Virus record (IMG/VR): IMGVR_UViG_3300031951_000204
Coordinates: 1 to 54,894 of that record
Length of the DNA: 54,894 bases
DNA from: a virus
Taxonomy: Duplodnaviria; Caudoviricetes
Reading direction: 5' to 3' (one strand)
Positions 52,639 to 54,894 of this stretch are shown piece after piece. Every line of letters starts with the position of its first letter. The stretch's first letter is position 1. The position numbers and the translations under genes are program-made. The notes beneath the pieces were generated by a model. That model did no database searches. It was not told the origin of the DNA and was given only the letters and a program-made list of their open reading frames with translations.

Positions 52639-52881
52639 ATGCCGCGAACTCTTGACAGCAAAACCACAAGTAGCAGTTCCAGCGTTAGTTCTGGAACTGA
52701 CTCAGGTTCTCGCGCCTCAACCCAATCGTCAAACGGAACGGAAAAAAGCACGTCCACCCGCACGGATTCAGGCGGAAGAACAGGCGAGTCCTCCCAATTC
52801 GCCAACATCGCCGCCAGAATCTCTTTTTCCATCCCGATCCTCGGGCGAGTCCCTGCGGATACAAACTCCAACTCCTGTTGA
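52639..52881 (+). CDS. Ser-rich protein, in frame with the previous ORF
   Basis: Ends ARISFSIPIL; separated from the previous ORF only by TGA CCC. Confidence 0.5.
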   Translation: MPRTLDSKTTSSSSSVSSGTDSGSRASTQSSNGTEKSTSTRTDSGGRTGESSQFANIAARISFSIPILGRVPADTNSNSC

Positions 52882-52883
52882 CC

Positions 52884-53558
52884 ATGAGCATCCGCAACCG
52901 CATCACCCAATACCTCTCATCGGTCCTTTCCAGCCGCATCTGGTTCACGACCGGGCCTCGGCTCGTCGGCAAATCAGCCGTAGGGGCGGGATACGGCGGA
53001 GAGATCACCGTCGGCACCGGCCTCACCCTTTCCGGTGGAGTCCTTAGCGCATCTGGCGGAGAGGTGAGCGACATCGCATACAACGAAGCGACATGGAACG
53101 GCGTGACCACCATCGCGCCGAGCAAGAACGCCGTGCGGGACAAGTTTGAGTCGTTGGTTGCCCCTACGGCCCTCGCCTTCGCGGGGATTGATCCGAATGG
53201 GGAACCAATTCTCGCCGCCCGCATCGTTGGAGGTGCATATGATGGTTTGATTCTTCGCGAGCAAGGGACTTCATACGGGAATGGGAAAGTGCTTTTCGGC
53301 TTGGATTATGTCTCCTATCCCGTCACTTTCATCAATTGGGGTAGTTCTACATACAGTTTCAATTACAACACCAGCGGCGTGGGATCTTCTGCCGCAGCGA
53401 TTGGAACGGATTATCCATGGGAGGCCGATTGGACCGGATCAGGATTTACCGTCGTTGAAGATGAGGTTGTCGTTGGAGGTGTTCCCAACCCGCCCGCCAT
53501 CGTCACCGGGCCGCCGACGCCCGCTCCCGCCACACCGCCCGTCATCTTCACTCCATAA
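52884..53558 (+). CDS. tail-fibre-like protein
   Basis: EITVGTGLTLSGGVLSA and VSDIAYNEATWNGVTTIAPSKNAVRDK fibre-type motifs. Confidence 0.6.
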   Translation: MSIRNRITQYLSSVLSSRIWFTTGPRLVGKSAVGAGYGGEITVGTGLTLSGGVLSASGGEVSDIAYNEATWNGVTTIAPSKNAVRDKFESLVAPTALAFAGIDPNGEPILAARIVGGAYDGLILREQGTSYGNGKVLFGLDYVSYPVTFINWGSSTYSFNYNTSGVGSSAAAIGTDYPWEADWTGSGFTVVEDEVVVGGVPNPPAIVTGPPTPAPATPPVIFTP

Positions 53559-53561
53559 AAA

Positions 53562-54008
53562 ATGCCCGGTGGTATCGTCAGCAACTGGAAACTCACGCTC
53601 GATCCGGCAGGCACTCCGCTGGTGCTCATCAACATCGGCGACAAGCTGGAGGAGGAGCTCTCCATCGGCTTGAGCCGCTTGATCGATGTGATCCCTCTGG
53701 TGCGCGGCACCGCGCCGCTTATCCGCAACCGCGGCAACGCGGTGACACAGCTTTCGTATGCGATCTATCAGGACGCGGCATCCGATGCGGTCTCAAGGCA
53801 GGACCTGCTCACCTCCTTGATCACATCTTTGAGCGCGGACCCCAAACCGCTTAAAGTGGAAATCAGCACCATCACGGATCGTTACTGGCAGTTCGCCTCC
53901 GCGATCATCAGCGATGTCACGCCGCTGCGCTACATCCCCGCCAAGAATCCGCGCCGTCTCACGCGCTACTCCATCACCGCCACCAGCCTCAGCCAGGTGG
54001 GTCCTTGA
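53562..54008 (+). CDS. putative tail protein
   Basis: Structural operon context. Confidence 0.55.
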   Translation: MPGGIVSNWKLTLDPAGTPLVLINIGDKLEEELSIGLSRLIDVIPLVRGTAPLIRNRGNAVTQLSYAIYQDAASDAVSRQDLLTSLITSLSADPKPLKVEISTITDRYWQFASAIISDVTPLRYIPAKNPRRLTRYSITATSLSQVGP

Positions 54009-54011
54009 GCC

Positions 54012-54894
54012 ATGGAAAAATTCGATTACACCCTGAGCTTGCAGACCACCGGCGCGGACAAGTCCGCCGCCGATGTGCAAAAGCTGGGCAACGCCATCGA
54101 GCAGGTGGAGGCCAAGGTGCGAAAGGAAACGGCCGCCACCGAAAGCGCCACCAGGGCCAAGCAGGAATACAGCGTCACGGCATCCAAGGTCACGGCATCG
54201 TCCGGGGCGATGGGCCGCGGCATCCAGAATGTGGCCTTCCAGTTTCAGGACATGGCCGTGCAGGCGGAGATGGGAGTCTCCGCCACGCGCATCTTTTCCC
54301 AACAGGTGCCGCAGTTGTTAGGCGGCTTCGGCGCGATCGGAGCGGTGGCCGGTGCCGTGATCGGAATCGGCGTGCCGCTGGCCGCCGCACTCTTCCGCAG
54401 CGGCAAGGAAGCGGAGGATGCCGCGCCGAAGATTGATGAGATCAACGATGCGCTTGATAACTTCGCCGAGTCCGCTGAGAGAGCCGCCGATGCCAAGCGC
54501 GCCGATGTGAACGAGGCATGGATCGAATCCCTCGACGCCGAGGAGAAATCCTATGAGCGCATCAACCAGCGGCTCGCCATCCAGATCGCGCTCAACGCCA
54601 AGCTGCGCGCGATCAAGGAAGGCGGAGACGCCGCCGAGCGGGAGGCCCGCATCGCCGAGATCGAGGCCGATCCCAACAAGTCCGAAGAGGATAAAATCAC
54701 CGAAACCGCCGCCATCCGGGAGGAAGCGGCACGCGCCGCCGCCGCCGCGGAAAAACAAAAGTTGGATGACCAGGCGAAGCTCGACGCCGCCGCCGCAAGA
54801 GACGCGCAGGCCAAGGCAGCACGGCAAGCGGCGGATGCCGAAACGGCAGCGCAGGCAAGGGCCGCATTTGAGGCCCAAAGAGCGGTTTTAGAAC
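54012..54894 (+). CDS. tape-measure-like protein, runs off the right edge; absent from the ORF track
   Basis: Manual translation MEKFDYTLSLQTTGADK...IQNVAFQFQDMAVQ..MG......SQQVPQLLGGFGAIGAVAGA, followed by Ala/Glu coiled coil. Confidence 0.8.
   Translation, partial: MEKFDYTLSLQTTGADKSAADVQKLGNAIEQVEAKVRKETAATESATRAKQEYSVTASKVTASSGAMGRGIQNVAFQFQDMAVQAEMGVSATRIFSQQVPQLLGGFGAIGAVAGAVIGIGVPLAAALFRSGKEAEDAAPKIDEINDALDNFAESAERAADAKRADVNEAWIESLDAEEKSYERINQRLAIQIALNAKLRAIKEGGDAAEREARIAEIEADPNKSEEDKITETAAIREEAARAAAAAEKQKLDDQAKLDAAAARDAQAKAARQAADAETAAQARAAFEAQRAVLE

Noticed and set aside
54005-54891. Track ORFs 54005-54436, 54318-54878 and 54553-54891
   Set aside because: Shadow frames of the tape-measure ORF starting at 54012.
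1-54894. Reverse transcriptase, DGR, retron, transposase or rRNA
   Set aside because: No RT or DDE motifs, template/variable repeat pair or rRNA-like sequence recognised.

Overview
This window is about 55 kb of a temperate tailed phage (Caudoviricetes) in its non-integrated form: the attP is intact and phage genes lie on both sides. The integrase style and the A/C-rich, Shine-Dalgarno-poor leaders suggest a Verrucomicrobiota-like host, which is inference only. From left to right: (1) a leftward recombination/accessory operon (RNA ligase, HNH, ASCH-like, PD-(D/E)XK exonuclease, SMC-like ATPase, DUF669 SSB, DUF2303, AAA_24, MarR); (2) a divergent pair of ribbon-helix-helix regulators; (3) a tyrosine integrase with a tRNA-3'-end attP; (4) an array of seven integron-type gene cassettes (10736-14267); (5) two blocks of small early genes around an HTH + AAA_25 replication module and an iteron-like TGCA repeat cluster; (6) rightward late genes: terS-like, serine resolvase, terL, a 4503-aa MTase/strawberry-notch-helicase polyvalent protein, portal, scaffold, N4-gp56-like major capsid, adaptors, fibre-like proteins and the start of a tape-measure protein. 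The main discovery is the cassette array. Its attC sites are canonical and each cassette has self-complementary ends, but no IntI is in view. The cassettes carry phage-type genes in reverse orientation, and the attC sites themselves supply stop and start codons, so translation could stay coupled whatever the cassette order. All calls are by eye from motifs; no database searches were run.
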